NCBI RefSeq assembly: GCF_014204945.1
Contig: NZ_JACHMN010000002.1
Location: forward strand, 974,503 to 1,006,502
From: Allocatelliglobosispora scoriae
GTDB lineage: Bacteria > Actinomycetota > Actinomycetes > Mycobacteriales > Micromonosporaceae
DNA: 32,000 bases
Direction of reading: 5' to 3'
How positions within the stretch are numbered: the stretch's first letter is position 1; every line of letters starts with the position of its first letter. Position numbers and translations under genes: made by a program. Positions 1-8,630 of this stretch are shown one piece after another. The notes beneath the pieces were generated by a model that saw only the letters and a list, made by a program, of their open reading frames with translations, was not told where the DNA came from and ran no database searches.

Positions 1-805
1 CGCCGTAAGCCTGCTCGTCACCGTAGAGCTCCAGCAGGTAGGGCTGCAGGGCGTAGAAGACGTAGATCCCGACGCCGCCGGTGAAGACCGCGGCGAGCAT
101 CATCGACTTCACCGCCGGGACCCGCCAGCCGTAGTGCACCGAGTCGACGACGATGCGCCGCATCTCGGCGAGCGGCCGCCCGCCCCGCTGCGGGGTGAAG
201 CCGACGTCGCGCATCGTCACGAACGCCACGATGAACATGACCAGCAGCACCACGGCACGCAGCACGAACGGCACGCCCAGGTTGGTGACCTGGGCGAGGT
301 AGCCGCCCGCGATCGAGCCGGTGAGCATGCCGACTCCCCCGATGACCTGGGCACGGCCGAAGACCGCCTCCAGCGAGCCGGTGTAGCCGGTCGCGGTCAG
401 CGCGTCGACCAGCCAGGCCTCGGTCGCGCCGGAGAAGAACGTGAACCCCAACCCGAGGAGCACGGACACCGCCGCCCACGCCAGGAACGACGCCTCGACC
501 CGCCACAGCAGCACGTAGAGCCCCGTCGACGCGGCCAGGGTGACCGTGCCGAGCAGGAACGACACCCGCCGGCCCCACATGTCGGCGACGATCCCGGTCG
601 GCACCTCGAAGAGCACCATCCCGGCGGTGAAGAACGCGTTGGCGGTGAACGCCTCGAGGTTCGACAGCCCCGCGTCGAGCAGGAAGATCGTGTTGATGCC
701 CCAGATCAGCGACATCGCCAGGGTGTTGCCGAGCGCGAGCGTGAAGTAGGTCCTCTTGATCGACTCCGGGGTGGCGATGGGCGGGGCGTGCACCGGAGCT
801 GTCAC
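1..805 (-). CDS. MFS transporter, N-terminal ~268 aa (3' end runs off the window)
   Basis: Not in the supplied track because it has no stop in the window. My reverse translation from GTG at 805-803 reads VTAPVHAPPIATPESIKRTYFTLALGNTLAMSLIWGINTIFLLDAGLSNLEAFTANAFFTAGMVLFEVPTGIVADMWGRRVSFLLGTVT. It has hydrophobic helices and the MFS motif-A loop (G-x-x-A-D-x-W-G-R-R). Third-position GC is high in this frame. Confidence 0.75.
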   Translation of the reverse strand, partial: MTAPVHAPPIATPESIKRTYFTLALGNTLAMSLIWGINTIFLLDAGLSNLEAFTANAFFTAGMVLFEVPTGIVADMWGRRVSFLLGTVTLAASTGLYVLLWRVEASFLAWAAVSVLLGLGFTFFSGATEAWLVDALTATGYTGSLEAVFGRAQVIGGVGMLTGSIAGGYLAQVTNLGVPFVLRAVVLLVMFIVAFVTMRDVGFTPQRGGRPLAEMRRIVVDSVHYGWRVPAVKSMMLAAVFTGGVGIYVFYALQPYLLELYGDEQAYG

Positions 806-848
806 CCCGACATCATCCACCACGGGTCCGACACCGTCGCGACCAGCA

Positions 849-1190
849 CTAGCCGACGTCGACCGGTCCTCCGGTGCGCCAGTAGAGCCCGTTCTCCCGC
901 GCCATCAGCCCGGCATCGATGAGGTAGCGCCGCAGCGCCACCCAGTCGGTCTCGTAGAAGGCCCGCAGCACCGCGTCGACCTCCCGCTCCGGGATCCGTA
1001 CGCCGGGCTCGAAGGCGGCGGCGACGTGTTCGAGCAGGACCCGCCGCTTGCCCGCCTTGGCCGGCATCGTGACGATCCGGCCGTCCTTGAGAAAGGTGTT
1101 CAGGACCCGTTCCTCATCAGCACTCACCTCAGCACCGTAAACGCCGCCGCCCGCCGGGTGCGCGCGGTTTTCCGTCACGTTTTGCAGCAA
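849..1190 (-). CDS. DUF2087-like small protein (start uncertain)
   Basis: Track ORF of 113 aa. The segment RIVTMPAKAGKRRVLLEHVAAAFEPGVRIPEREVDAVLRAFYETDWVALRRYLIDAGLMARENGLYWR fits the DUF2087 pattern as I recall it. The TTG at 1190 lies inside the family-A palindrome, so an internal start such as GTG 1127 is more likely. Confidence 0.6.
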   Translation of the reverse strand: MLQNVTENRAHPAGGGVYGAEVSADEERVLNTFLKDGRIVTMPAKAGKRRVLLEHVAAAFEPGVRIPEREVDAVLRAFYETDWVALRRYLIDAGLMARENGLYWRTGGPVDVG

Positions 1191-1237
1191 AGCGTGGCAT
1201 CGCTTCGCGAAATGGCCACGCTTTGCTGCAAAACGTG
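1176..1237. repeat. Palindromic intergenic element, family A, copy 1
   Basis: The arms are CACGTTTTGCAGCAAAGCGTGGC (1176-1198) and GCCACGCTTTGCTGCAAAACGTG (1215-1237), which are exact reverse complements. The centre is ATCGCTTCGCGAAATG. Related copies sit at 9548-9605 and 30615-30678. Confidence 0.9.
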
Positions 1238-1282
1238 GCCGGGTAGGGCCCGCTGGACGGGGTCGGGACGGATGATGGCGGC

Positions 1283-1663
1283 GTGACGCACTACAGCAGG
1301 CTTTCGAAGATCGTTGTTGACGTTCCGGCGGCGGTGCACGACACCGAGGTGGCCTTCTGGCGGGGCGCGCTCGGCGTGCCGCTGACCAGGTTCGAGCGCT
1401 TTCCGGACTTCCACGGGGCGGAGTTGACGGCGGACGGGTTCGGGCTCCTGACGCAGGAGATCAAGGAGGGGGAGCCTCGCGTACACGTCGATATTCACAC
1501 CACGGACCGGGCGGCGGAGGTCGCGCGCCTGGTGGCGCTGGGTGCGGCGGTCGTGGACGACGGCCCGCACTGGACCGTGATGCGCGACCCGGCCGGGCTG
1601 GTCTTCTGCGTCGTGCCCGACCCCGACGTCGACGAGAAGACCGGCCACCGCTGGGACCTCTGA
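1283..1663 (+). CDS. VOC (glyoxalase/bleomycin-resistance/dioxygenase-fold) family protein
   Basis: Track ORF of 126 aa with a GTG start. The size and pattern (LSKIVVDVPA...FW..ALG..........VHVDIHTTD...EVARLVALGA......HWTVMRDPAGLVFCVV) are typical of glyoxalase-like domain proteins. Confidence 0.7.
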   Translation: MTHYSRLSKIVVDVPAAVHDTEVAFWRGALGVPLTRFERFPDFHGAELTADGFGLLTQEIKEGEPRVHVDIHTTDRAAEVARLVALGAAVVDDGPHWTVMRDPAGLVFCVVPDPDVDEKTGHRWDL

Positions 1664-1730
1664 GCACCGACTCTTGAAGAGTCGGTGCTGTTCGGCCTCG
1701 TGAATAGCACCGACTCTTCAAGAGTTGCGG
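1664..1730. repeat. Palindromic element, family B, copy 1; probable bidirectional terminator between convergent genes
   Basis: GCACCGACTCTTGAAGAGTCGGTGC (1664-1688) is a perfect 12+1+12 palindrome. After an 18-nt spacer comes GCACCGACTCTTCAAGAGTTGCGG (1707-1730). The element starts 1 nt after the VOC stop and ends 22 nt before the amylase stop. It is homologous to 18712-18782. Confidence 0.85.
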
Positions 1731-1751
1731 GGATCTTGCCCCGGGACGAGA

Positions 1752-3191
1752 TCAGGCGATCTTCGCGCCGCTGTGGATCGCCACCGCGTCGTGGGCGACG
1801 ATGTTGGCCGTGAACCAGCCGTTCGCGTCGACGGTGATCACCGGGCCGGTGCAGGTGGTGGCGCTGGACTTGCTGCCGTGGATCACGTCGCAGTAGCGGC
1901 CCGCGGCCATCCCGGTGCGGTAGCTGCGGCCGTTGACCGCACCGTCCTCGTCGTTGATCGTGAGGTAGCCCTTGTCGCCGCGGCCGAAGGCGATGTGGTT
2001 GTTGCCGTTGTCGTACCAGTTGATCACCGACGTGCCCTTGACCGCGTTGTGGAAGCCGACCATGTTGGCGACGACCAGCCACCGGTGCTCGCAGACCCAG
2101 CCGCCGGAGAAGCAGGTCGCGTTGTTGGTCTTGCCCGCGCCGTTGGAGGGCGGACCGGTGTCGTTGTTGGTGAAGCTGTAGCCGCTCATCACCGACGGCG
2201 AACCGTAGGGCCAGGCCAGCATGAACGCGTTGGCCAGCGCGTAGATCCCGTTGTCCTTGTAGGTCAGCACGTAGCCGCCCTCGCGCTGGGTGTCGTGGTT
2301 GTCGACGAAGACCACGGCCTTGGCGCTGCTGATGTGCCCCCACGGCTCGCCGAAGTTGACCAGGTAGGCGAGCTTCTCGTTGCGGAAGACCCGCCCCAGG
2401 TCCTTGCCGTACCGGAACTCGTGCACGTCGCCGTTGCCGGTGTACTCGGTCGGCTGGACCGGCTCACCGGCACCGTAGATGACCTCCTGCACGATGTACG
2501 CCGACCGCGACAGCTTGCCCTTGATCGCGGCGATGTCGGCGGCCGGCATGTGCTTGCTCGCGTCGAGCCGGAACCCGTCCACCCCGAGTGCGAGCAGGTC
2601 GTTCATGTAGGAGGCGATCTTCGTGCGGACGTAGTCGCTCTCAGTGGCGAGGTCGGCGAGGTTGACCAGCTCGCAGTTCTGCACCTCGTAGCGGTCGCCG
2701 TAGTTGGCGATGTCGTCGTTGCCGTTGCGCCCGCAGTGGTGGAAGTCCTGCGTCTGGTAGATGCCGGGGTAGGTGTAGGGCGTGAAGGTCGAGCCCGCCC
2801 AGCCGGTGCCGGAGCCGACGCCGGTCATGTGGTTGATCACCGTGTCGACGAGCACCTTGACGCCCGCGTTGTGGCAGGTGGTGACCATCGACTGGAACTC
2901 CGCCCGGCTCCCCTTGCGGGACTCGATCCGGTAGCTGACCGGCTGGTAGGCGACCCACCACTGCTGGCCGCTCGCGTGCTCCTGCGGCGGGGAGACCTGG
3001 ACGTAGCCGTAGCCGTTGGGGCCGAGGAAATTGGTGCACTCGGCGGCGACGGACGGCCAGTTCCACTCGAAGAGGGTGACGATGACGTCCTTGGTCCCGG
3101 GTGGCGCGGCGGCGGCCGGGGCGGCCGGCACGGGCAGCAGCGCAGCGAGCACGGCGACGAGGGGCAGAGCGAGTAACCGGCGATAACGCAT
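1752..3191 (-). CDS. Secreted GH13 alpha-amylase
   Basis: Signal peptide [31 protein letters not shown]13 conserved regions are DTVINHM (I), GFRLDASKH (II), IVQEVI (III) and FVDNHD (IV). CAGGAG precedes ATG 3191. Confidence 0.95.
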   Translation of the reverse strand: MRYRRLLALPLVAVLAALLPVPAAPAAAAPPGTKDVIVTLFEWNWPSVAAECTNFLGPNGYGYVQVSPPQEHASGQQWWVAYQPVSYRIESRKGSRAEFQSMVTTCHNAGVKVLVDTVINHMTGVGSGTGWAGSTFTPYTYPGIYQTQDFHHCGRNGNDDIANYGDRYEVQNCELVNLADLATESDYVRTKIASYMNDLLALGVDGFRLDASKHMPAADIAAIKGKLSRSAYIVQEVIYGAGEPVQPTEYTGNGDVHEFRYGKDLGRVFRNEKLAYLVNFGEPWGHISSAKAVVFVDNHDTQREGGYVLTYKDNGIYALANAFMLAWPYGSPSVMSGYSFTNNDTGPPSNGAGKTNNATCFSGGWVCEHRWLVVANMVGFHNAVKGTSVINWYDNGNNHIAFGRGDKGYLTINDEDGAVNGRSYRTGMAAGRYCDVIHGSKSSATTCTGPVITVDANGWFTANIVAHDAVAIHSGAKIA

Positions 3192-3217
3192 CGAAGCTCC
3201 TGGGGGATGACGGCCTT

Positions 3218-3253
3218 CTGAAACGTTGCTGCAAATTTACGAGCAGGTTTCAG
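3218..3253. promoter_or_regulatory. Inverted repeat CTGAAAC-N22-GTTTCAG in the amylase/efflux divergent promoter region (candidate operator)
   Basis: CTGAAAC lies at 3218-3224 and GTTTCAG at 3247-3253. AACGTTGCTGCAAA lies between them; on the amylase strand this contains TTGCAG, resembling the CTTGCAG motif I recall from Streptomyces amylase/MalR-Reg1 targets. The region is visibly AT-richer. Confidence 0.3.
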
Positions 3254-3483
3254 GCATGTCAACGCTTGTCGATCAGCCTGGCACAGTCCCATGTGGGCAC
3301 CGCCGGGCCGGTGTCGATGACCGCTGACCGAAAGGTCTTGCAGGGTCACCCGGACGGGTGTGACCTGGGCCACCAACACCCGGATCGGGAATGCCGCCAG
3401 GTCGCGGCGATTTGGTGCTGGTAGCGGCACGCAGTCAGCGCCGCTCTCCAATCCAGCGCGAGATTCCACCGCTAAGAGGTCTC

Positions 3484-4743
3484 ATGACTACGCTCGCCGC
3501 CGAGCTCGACACCACGGCACCGATGCCCGGAGACCTGATGACCCGGGCGCAGCGGGTGCGCCTCGTCGTCGTGCTCGGCTCGCTGATCGCCATCGGCCCG
3601 CTCACCATCGACATGTACCTGCCCGCCCTGCCCAACATCACCGCCAACCTGCACACCACCTCGGCCGCGGTGCAGCTCACCCTCACCGGCACCCTGCTCG
3701 GCCTCGCGATCGGCCAGCTCCTCATCGGGCCCGTCTCCGACGCCGTCGGCCGCCGGGTGCCGCTGCTCGCCGGGCTCGCGCTGCACGTCGTCGCCTCCGT
3801 GCTCTGCGTGGTGGCGCCCAACATCGCCGTGCTCGGCGCCCTGCGCGTGCTCCAGGGTCTCGGCGTCGCCGCCTCCTCGGTGGTCGCGATGGCGATCGTC
3901 CGCGACCTGTTCAGCGGATCCGCCTTCGCCAGTCTCTTCTCCCGGCTGATGCTGGTGATGGGCGCCGCGCCGATCCTCGCCCCGACGCTGGGGAGCTGGC
4001 TGCTGCAGTGGACCGACTGGCGCGGCGTCTTCGTGGCCCTCGCCCTGCTCGGCGCCGCGCTCATCGTGATCGGCCTGATCGGCCTCAAGGAGACCCTGCC
4101 CCCCGAGCGCCGCCGCTCCGGCGGCATCGGAAGCACCCTGCACGTCTACGCCGAACTGCTGCGCGACCGCACCTTCGTCGGGCTGGTCGTGGTGGCCGGA
4201 CTCGCCATGGCGTCCCTGTTCTCCTACGTCGCCGGGTCGTCCTTCGTCCTGCAGGAGCAGTACGGCCTCAACGAGCAGCAGTTCGGCTTCGCCTTCGGCG
4301 CCAACGCCTTCGGCCTGATCCTCTCCACCCAGCTCAACGTGCGGCTGCTGCGGCGCTTCAGCCCGCAGCAGATCCTCGTCGCCGCGCTCGCCGCGGGCAG
4401 CGTCGCCGGTGTCGCGCTGCTGCTCTTCGCCGTCACGGAGGTCGGCGGCCTGCCGGCCATCCTCACCTCGCTCTGGTTCCTGCTGACCTTCGCGGGTCTC
4501 GCGCTGCCGAACGCACCGGCGCTCGCGATGTCCCGGCACGGAGAGGCGGCGGGTACGGCGGCCGCGCTGCTCGGCGCCGTCCAGTTCGGCATCGGCGCGG
4601 CCTCGGCACCCCTCGTCGGCCTCCTCGGCACCGACAGCGTCGGCATGGCGATCGTCGTGGCCGGCGGCATGGTCGCCTCGCTGATCGCGATGTTCGTCGT
4701 GGTGCTCCCGGCCGGTGTCCGAGCTGCCCCGGCAGTCGCCTGA
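3484..4743 (+). CDS. Bcr/CflA-family MFS multidrug efflux transporter
   Basis: In-frame ATG at 3484 with AAGAGG upstream; the track start at 3391 is probably too long. LGSLIAIGPLTIDMYLPALPNI and LIGPVSDAVGRR (motif A) are typical of the Bcr/CflA subfamily. About 12 hydrophobic segments. Confidence 0.9.
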   Translation: MTTLAAELDTTAPMPGDLMTRAQRVRLVVVLGSLIAIGPLTIDMYLPALPNITANLHTTSAAVQLTLTGTLLGLAIGQLLIGPVSDAVGRRVPLLAGLALHVVASVLCVVAPNIAVLGALRVLQGLGVAASSVVAMAIVRDLFSGSAFASLFSRLMLVMGAAPILAPTLGSWLLQWTDWRGVFVALALLGAALIVIGLIGLKETLPPERRRSGGIGSTLHVYAELLRDRTFVGLVVVAGLAMASLFSYVAGSSFVLQEQYGLNEQQFGFAFGANAFGLILSTQLNVRLLRRFSPQQILVAALAAGSVAGVALLLFAVTEVGGLPAILTSLWFLLTFAGLALPNAPALAMSRHGEAAGTAAALLGAVQFGIGAASAPLVGLLGTDSVGMAIVVAGGMVASLIAMFVVVLPAGVRAAPAVA

Positions 4744-4794
4744 CCAGCCGCGCCGGTCGGCGAAAATGTCGGTGCCCTCTCGTAGGGTGCGGTT

Positions 4795-5298
4795 ATGAAC
4801 GACATCTCATCGATCGGCGGCGAGCGCGCCGACCTGCTCCAGACCTTGGCGAAACACCGAGGCCTGCTGCTCTACACCGTGCAGGGCCTCACCGACGAGC
4901 AGGCGGCAACGCGCACCACGCACAGCGAGCTGTGTCTCGGCGGCCTGATCAAGCACCTCACCAACGTCGAGCAGCGCTGGGGGCGGTTCATGACCGGCGG
5001 CGCGGCGGCGATGGAGAGCGAGCCCATCGACTGGGTCGGCCAGTTCCGGATGGTCGACGGCGACACCCTCGACGGGCTCCTCGCCGACTACGAGAAGACC
5101 GCCGCGACGACGGTCGACCTGATCACGACGCTCGACCTCGACGTGTCGCACCCGCTGCCCGAGGCACCCTGGTTCGAGCCGGGTGCGAGCTGGTCGGTGC
5201 GGCGGGTGGCGCTGCACATGATCGCCGAGATCTCGCAGCACGCCGGGCACGCCGACATCCTGCGCGAGGCGATCGACGGCCAGAAGAGCATGGGCTGA
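4795..5298 (+). CDS. DinB-fold / DUF664 (mycothiol-transferase-like) protein
   Basis: 167 aa. N-terminal ...LLQTLAKHRGLLLYTVQGLTDEQ... and C-terminal HMIAEISQHAGHADILRE match the DinB_2/DUF664 four-helix-bundle metal-binding pattern. Confidence 0.8.
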   Translation: MNDISSIGGERADLLQTLAKHRGLLLYTVQGLTDEQAATRTTHSELCLGGLIKHLTNVEQRWGRFMTGGAAAMESEPIDWVGQFRMVDGDTLDGLLADYEKTAATTVDLITTLDLDVSHPLPEAPWFEPGASWSVRRVALHMIAEISQHAGHADILREAIDGQKSMG

Positions 5299-5303
5299 CC
5301 GGT

Positions 5304-6128
5304 TCAGGCGTCGAGCAGCTGCGGGCCGCCATCGGCTCGCAGCCGCTCCCGCAGCTGCGCCAGTGCCCTGGTGAGCAGCCGCGAGACGTGCATCTGCGAC
5401 AGCCCGAGCACCTCGGCGATCTGGGACTGGGTCAGCTCCGCGGAGAACCGCAGCTCGATGATGCGCTGCTCCCGTGGCGGCAGCTCCGCGAGCCGGCGTC
5501 GCAGCGTCGTGCGGAGGTCGACGGCGTCGATCGCGGAGTCCGGTTCACCGAGCAGGTCGCCCAGGACGCGGTTCGGGCTGCCGGCGACGGGCAGAGTCAG
5601 CGAACGCGCACGATAGGCCTTGGCGCAGTCGCCCGCCTCGATCACCGCAGTGGTGCCGATGGCGAGGTAACCGGCGATCTCCGCGGTGGTCGGCGGACGC
5701 TGCAGCAGCTGCGCCAGGTGGTCTCGGGCCGCCGCGACCTGCTGCCAGCGGTCGTGCAGCTGCCGGGGCAGCCGCACGCTCCAGGTCGTGTCCCGGAAGT
5801 GGCGCTTGACCTCGCCGAGGATCGTCGGCACGGCATAGGTGGTGAAGGCGACGCCCCGGTCCGCGTCGTAGCGGTCCACCGCCTTGATCAGCCCGAGGAC
5901 GGCGACCTGGGTCAGGTCGGCGAGCGGTTCGCCGCGATGATCGAACTGGCGGGCGAAGTGCGTCGCGAGCGGGAGGTAGCACTCGATCGCCCTGGTCCGA
6001 ACGGCTGCGCGGCGGGTGTCGCCCGGGGGCAGCTCGCCCAGCTGCGCCAGCAGCGTCATGCCCGGATCGGATCCGGACCGTCGCGTCCTGCGGGCGGCTG
6101 GACGGGATGCCTGTGCGGTTGCGGTCAT
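5304..6128 (-). CDS. RNA polymerase sigma factor, SigB/SigF/SigG (group 3) type
   Basis: ATG 6128 is preceded by GGAGG; the longer track start at 6248 is unlikely. Region 2 reads GLIKAVDRYDADRGVAFTTYAVPTILGEVKRHFRD. Region 4.2 HTH reads TQSQIAEVLGLSQMHVSRL. Confidence 0.9.
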   Translation of the reverse strand: MTATAQASRPAARRTRRSGSDPGMTLLAQLGELPPGDTRRAAVRTRAIECYLPLATHFARQFDHRGEPLADLTQVAVLGLIKAVDRYDADRGVAFTTYAVPTILGEVKRHFRDTTWSVRLPRQLHDRWQQVAAARDHLAQLLQRPPTTAEIAGYLAIGTTAVIEAGDCAKAYRARSLTLPVAGSPNRVLGDLLGEPDSAIDAVDLRTTLRRRLAELPPREQRIIELRFSAELTQSQIAEVLGLSQMHVSRLLTRALAQLRERLRADGGPQLLDA

Positions 6129-6287
6129 CGGGGCCTCCACGGCGGGCGAAGTCAGCTGGCCTGCACTGAATCTCGCCACCGGGGACCGGAGTGACACGCA
6201 GATCGTAACGCGCAAACTCCGCACCGTTACCACCCTGGTGGGTTTCATTCCGGTTAACCGATCGCCCCATCGGCCCGCGACAGCCGG

Positions 6288-6467
6288 TCAGCCGAAGTGG
6301 ACGATCAGCTCGGCGCCTCGACGACGCTGCTCGCAGGGGTGCGGCCGACCGCAGGCCCGGCACTCCCCCGTCCCGCCCGGGCGGTGGCGGCGCACCAGGC
6401 TCAGCCCGAAGACCGCCTGCGCCGATGAGTAGCGGCTGAACGCGTCCCGCACGGCCGCCTGATCCAT
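6288..6467 (-). CDS. Candidate 59-aa Cys-containing small protein
   Basis: This ORF is absent from the supplied track, whose shortest entries are 60 aa. I translated it codon by codon: MDQAAVRDAFSRYSSAQAVFGLSLVRRHRPGGTGECRACGRPHPCEQRRRGAELIVHFG*. GAGGAGAGCGAGGG lies upstream of the ATG. GC3 is high, with 6 of 59 codons ending in A or T. Confidence 0.4.
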   Translation of the reverse strand: MDQAAVRDAFSRYSSAQAVFGLSLVRRHRPGGTGECRACGRPHPCEQRRRGAELIVHFG

Positions 6468-6571
6468 CGCACCCTCGCTCTCCTCGGCCGCGAGGTCTGG
6501 GCGGTGGCAACACCTTCACGGTAAGTTCGCCGCCGCCTGCACGCGTGCCGAGCGCGGAGAATGGCACGGGA

Positions 6572-6604
6572 GGTGCCCGCGCAGGCCGAAGCCGCGCGGG
6601 CACC
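6572..6604 (-). terminator. Stem-loop downstream of the M14 peptidase gene
   Basis: GGTGCCCGCGC (6572-6582) pairs with GCGCGGGCACC (6594-6604), an 11-bp stem with an 11-nt loop. It lies 12 nt beyond the stop at 6616. There is no clear U-tract. Confidence 0.5.
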
Positions 6605-6615
6605 ACCCGTGATGG

Positions 6616-8568
6616 CTACAGCGTCAGGGTCCAGCTGTTGATGTAGCCCGTGTCGGCCGAGGCCGCGTCCTGCGCCCGCAGCTTCCAGGTGCCGTTGGCG
6701 ACCTCGCTCGACAGGTTGACCGTGTAGGTCTGGTTGATGTTGTCGGCGCTGCCGCCGGTCCGGTTGTGCAGGAGGTAGAGGGTCCCGTCCGGCGCGACCA
6801 GGTTCACGACGAGGTCGCCCTTGTACGTGTGGACGATGTTCACCGCCACCGTGGAGGTCGCGGTGCCGTTGCGGTTGCAGCCCGCGATGGTGATCGGGCT
6901 CTCCACCGCGGCCCCGTTGTCCGGGATCTGCACGTCGGCGGCGTTGGTGCCGGTGCAGCCCGGGGCGCCGGTGACCGTCAGGGAGTAGGTGACTGTGCGG
7001 GTGGCGCCGGTGCCCGTACCCGTGATGGTGATCGCGTAGGTGCCCGCGGGCGTGGACGCCGTCGTCGCGAGGGTGAGGGTCGACGAGCCGCCGGAGGTGA
7101 CCGACGACGGCGCGAAGGTGGCCGTGGCCCCGGCGGGTAGGCCGGACGCGGCGAGGTTGACGGTCTGGGCCGAGCCGTTGGTGAGGGCCGTGGAGATGGT
7201 GGAGGTCACCGAGCCGCCCGGGGCGACCGAGCCGGACGCGGGGCTGGCCGCGATCGAGAAGTCGTTGGCCGCGGTGCAGTACTGCGCCTGCTTGTTGATG
7301 GCGCGGTAGGGGCAGTCGGCGTACTCCGACAGCAGCAGCACGGCGCTCTTGTTGCGGCTGGTCTGCGCGGTGATGATCTCGTCGGGCGGGTAGAAGCCGC
7401 CGTTGGAGACCGGGTACATCTCGAAGGTGTAGGTCCAGACCTGCTGGTTGCCCCAGAGCCAGTCGGTGATGTCGCCGTCGGTGATGTAGAGGTCACTGCC
7501 CTGCTCGGGGGTGTAGTTGTTGGTCGCGGCCATCTGCTGCCCGATGGCGGCGAAGGTGTTGCGCTGGTCGAGCGTGAGGCCCGGCGCCGTGTCGGCCGTC
7601 GTGTAGCCGAACGGCCACAGGATCAGCTCGCCGTAGGTGTGGAAGTCGATGTTGGCCTTGATCTGCTGCACGCCGCCGACCCGGCGGGAGAGCACGAAGT
7701 CGCGCAGGACCTGCGTCTCCGGCGCGGAGAAGGCCGACGGACCGCGGTAGGTCTCCGACGAGGTGCTGCCGCTGGACCCGCCGCAGCAGCCCCAGTTGTA
7801 GCCGAAGTTGCGGTTGAGGTCGGTGCCGACGTTGGAGGAGCCGCTGTTGGGCTGCCGGTTCTTGCGCCACGACCGGTAGGAGCCGGTGGCGATGTCGTAC
7901 TCGCCGCCGTCCGGGTTGAGGTCCGGGATGATCCAGATCTCGCGCGAGTTGACGGCGGTCGTGACCTGGCTGTCGGTGCCGTAGGAGTCGGTGAAGAGGT
8001 TGGCGAGGTAGAGCGCCATCTCCACGGTGAGGTGCTCGCGGGCGTGCAGGTGCGCGTTGAAGAGCAGCTCCGGCTCGTCCTCGTCGGTCGCGACGTTGTC
8101 GGAGATCTTGAGGGCGACGATGTCACGGCCCTCGTAGGACTGGCCGATCACGGTCTTGCGCGCCAGCGTCGGGTGGTCCGCGACGATCTTGTTGATCTCG
8201 GCGGTCGTCTCGGCGAAGTCGTGGTAGCCGGCGTCCGCCGACGGGAAGCCGTTCAGGCCGGTGCCCGACGGGGACTCCGGGCCGGGCAGCGCCTCCAGCA
8301 GGAAGCCGAGCCTGCGGATCTGCGCGACCTCGTCCGGAGTCGCGGTGATGTAGACGTTGCCGTGTTCGACGAGGTCGATCGCGGCGCCGGTCCTGGCGAC
8401 GGCGTTGCGATCGGCGAGGGTCTTCGGTCCGATGACGACATACTGCGCCGACGCGACGGGTGCGTTGCCCTGATCGATCGGCGGGATCGCGCCGGTGGCC
8501 GGTCCGGTGAAGGTGAGGGACGCGGTCACCGCCAGCGCGGTGATGAGCACGGCGACTCTCGGTCGCAT
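6616..8568 (-). CDS. Secreted M14 zinc carboxypeptidase (carboxypeptidase T-like) with Ig-like linker and C-terminal proprotein-convertase P-domain
   Basis: Signal peptide [27 protein letters not shown]. Zn ligand motif HAREH, with an M14-type core (...NPDGGEYD...). The C-terminal 108 aa (...[33 protein letters not shown]...[26 protein letters not shown]) form a P-domain. GGGAGGAA RBS. Confidence 0.92.
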   Translation of the reverse strand: MRPRVAVLITALAVTASLTFTGPATGAIPPIDQGNAPVASAQYVVIGPKTLADRNAVARTGAAIDLVEHGNVYITATPDEVAQIRRLGFLLEALPGPESPSGTGLNGFPSADAGYHDFAETTAEINKIVADHPTLARKTVIGQSYEGRDIVALKISDNVATDEDEPELLFNAHLHAREHLTVEMALYLANLFTDSYGTDSQVTTAVNSREIWIIPDLNPDGGEYDIATGSYRSWRKNRQPNSGSSNVGTDLNRNFGYNWGCCGGSSGSTSSETYRGPSAFSAPETQVLRDFVLSRRVGGVQQIKANIDFHTYGELILWPFGYTTADTAPGLTLDQRNTFAAIGQQMAATNNYTPEQGSDLYITDGDITDWLWGNQQVWTYTFEMYPVSNGGFYPPDEIITAQTSRNKSAVLLLSEYADCPYRAINKQAQYCTAANDFSIAASPASGSVAPGGSVTSTISTALTNGSAQTVNLAASGLPAGATATFAPSSVTSGGSSTLTLATTASTPAGTYAITITGTGTGATRTVTYSLTVTGAPGCTGTNAADVQIPDNGAAVESPITIAGCNRNGTATSTVAVNIVHTYKGDLVVNLVAPDGTLYLLHNRTGGSADNINQTYTVNLSSEVANGTWKLRAQDAASADTGYINSWTLTL

Positions 8569-8630
8569 GGGTTCCTCCCGGGGGTAGTGGAGACCCTTAG
8601 GAGATCATGAATTTATACGAGTATCAATGT

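Noticed and set aside
3360-6194. 944-aa plus-strand ORF, and similar giants: 1725..3176 +, 5545..6606 -, 9478..10818 +, 14904..16340 +, 18775..20196 +, 24940..26643 +, 25376..27490 -
   Set aside because: Their translations are Arg/Pro/Gly/Ala low-complexity sequence with no motifs. They overlap, in antisense or off-frame, genes with clear family signatures. They are typical stop-codon-poor shadow frames of >70% GC DNA.
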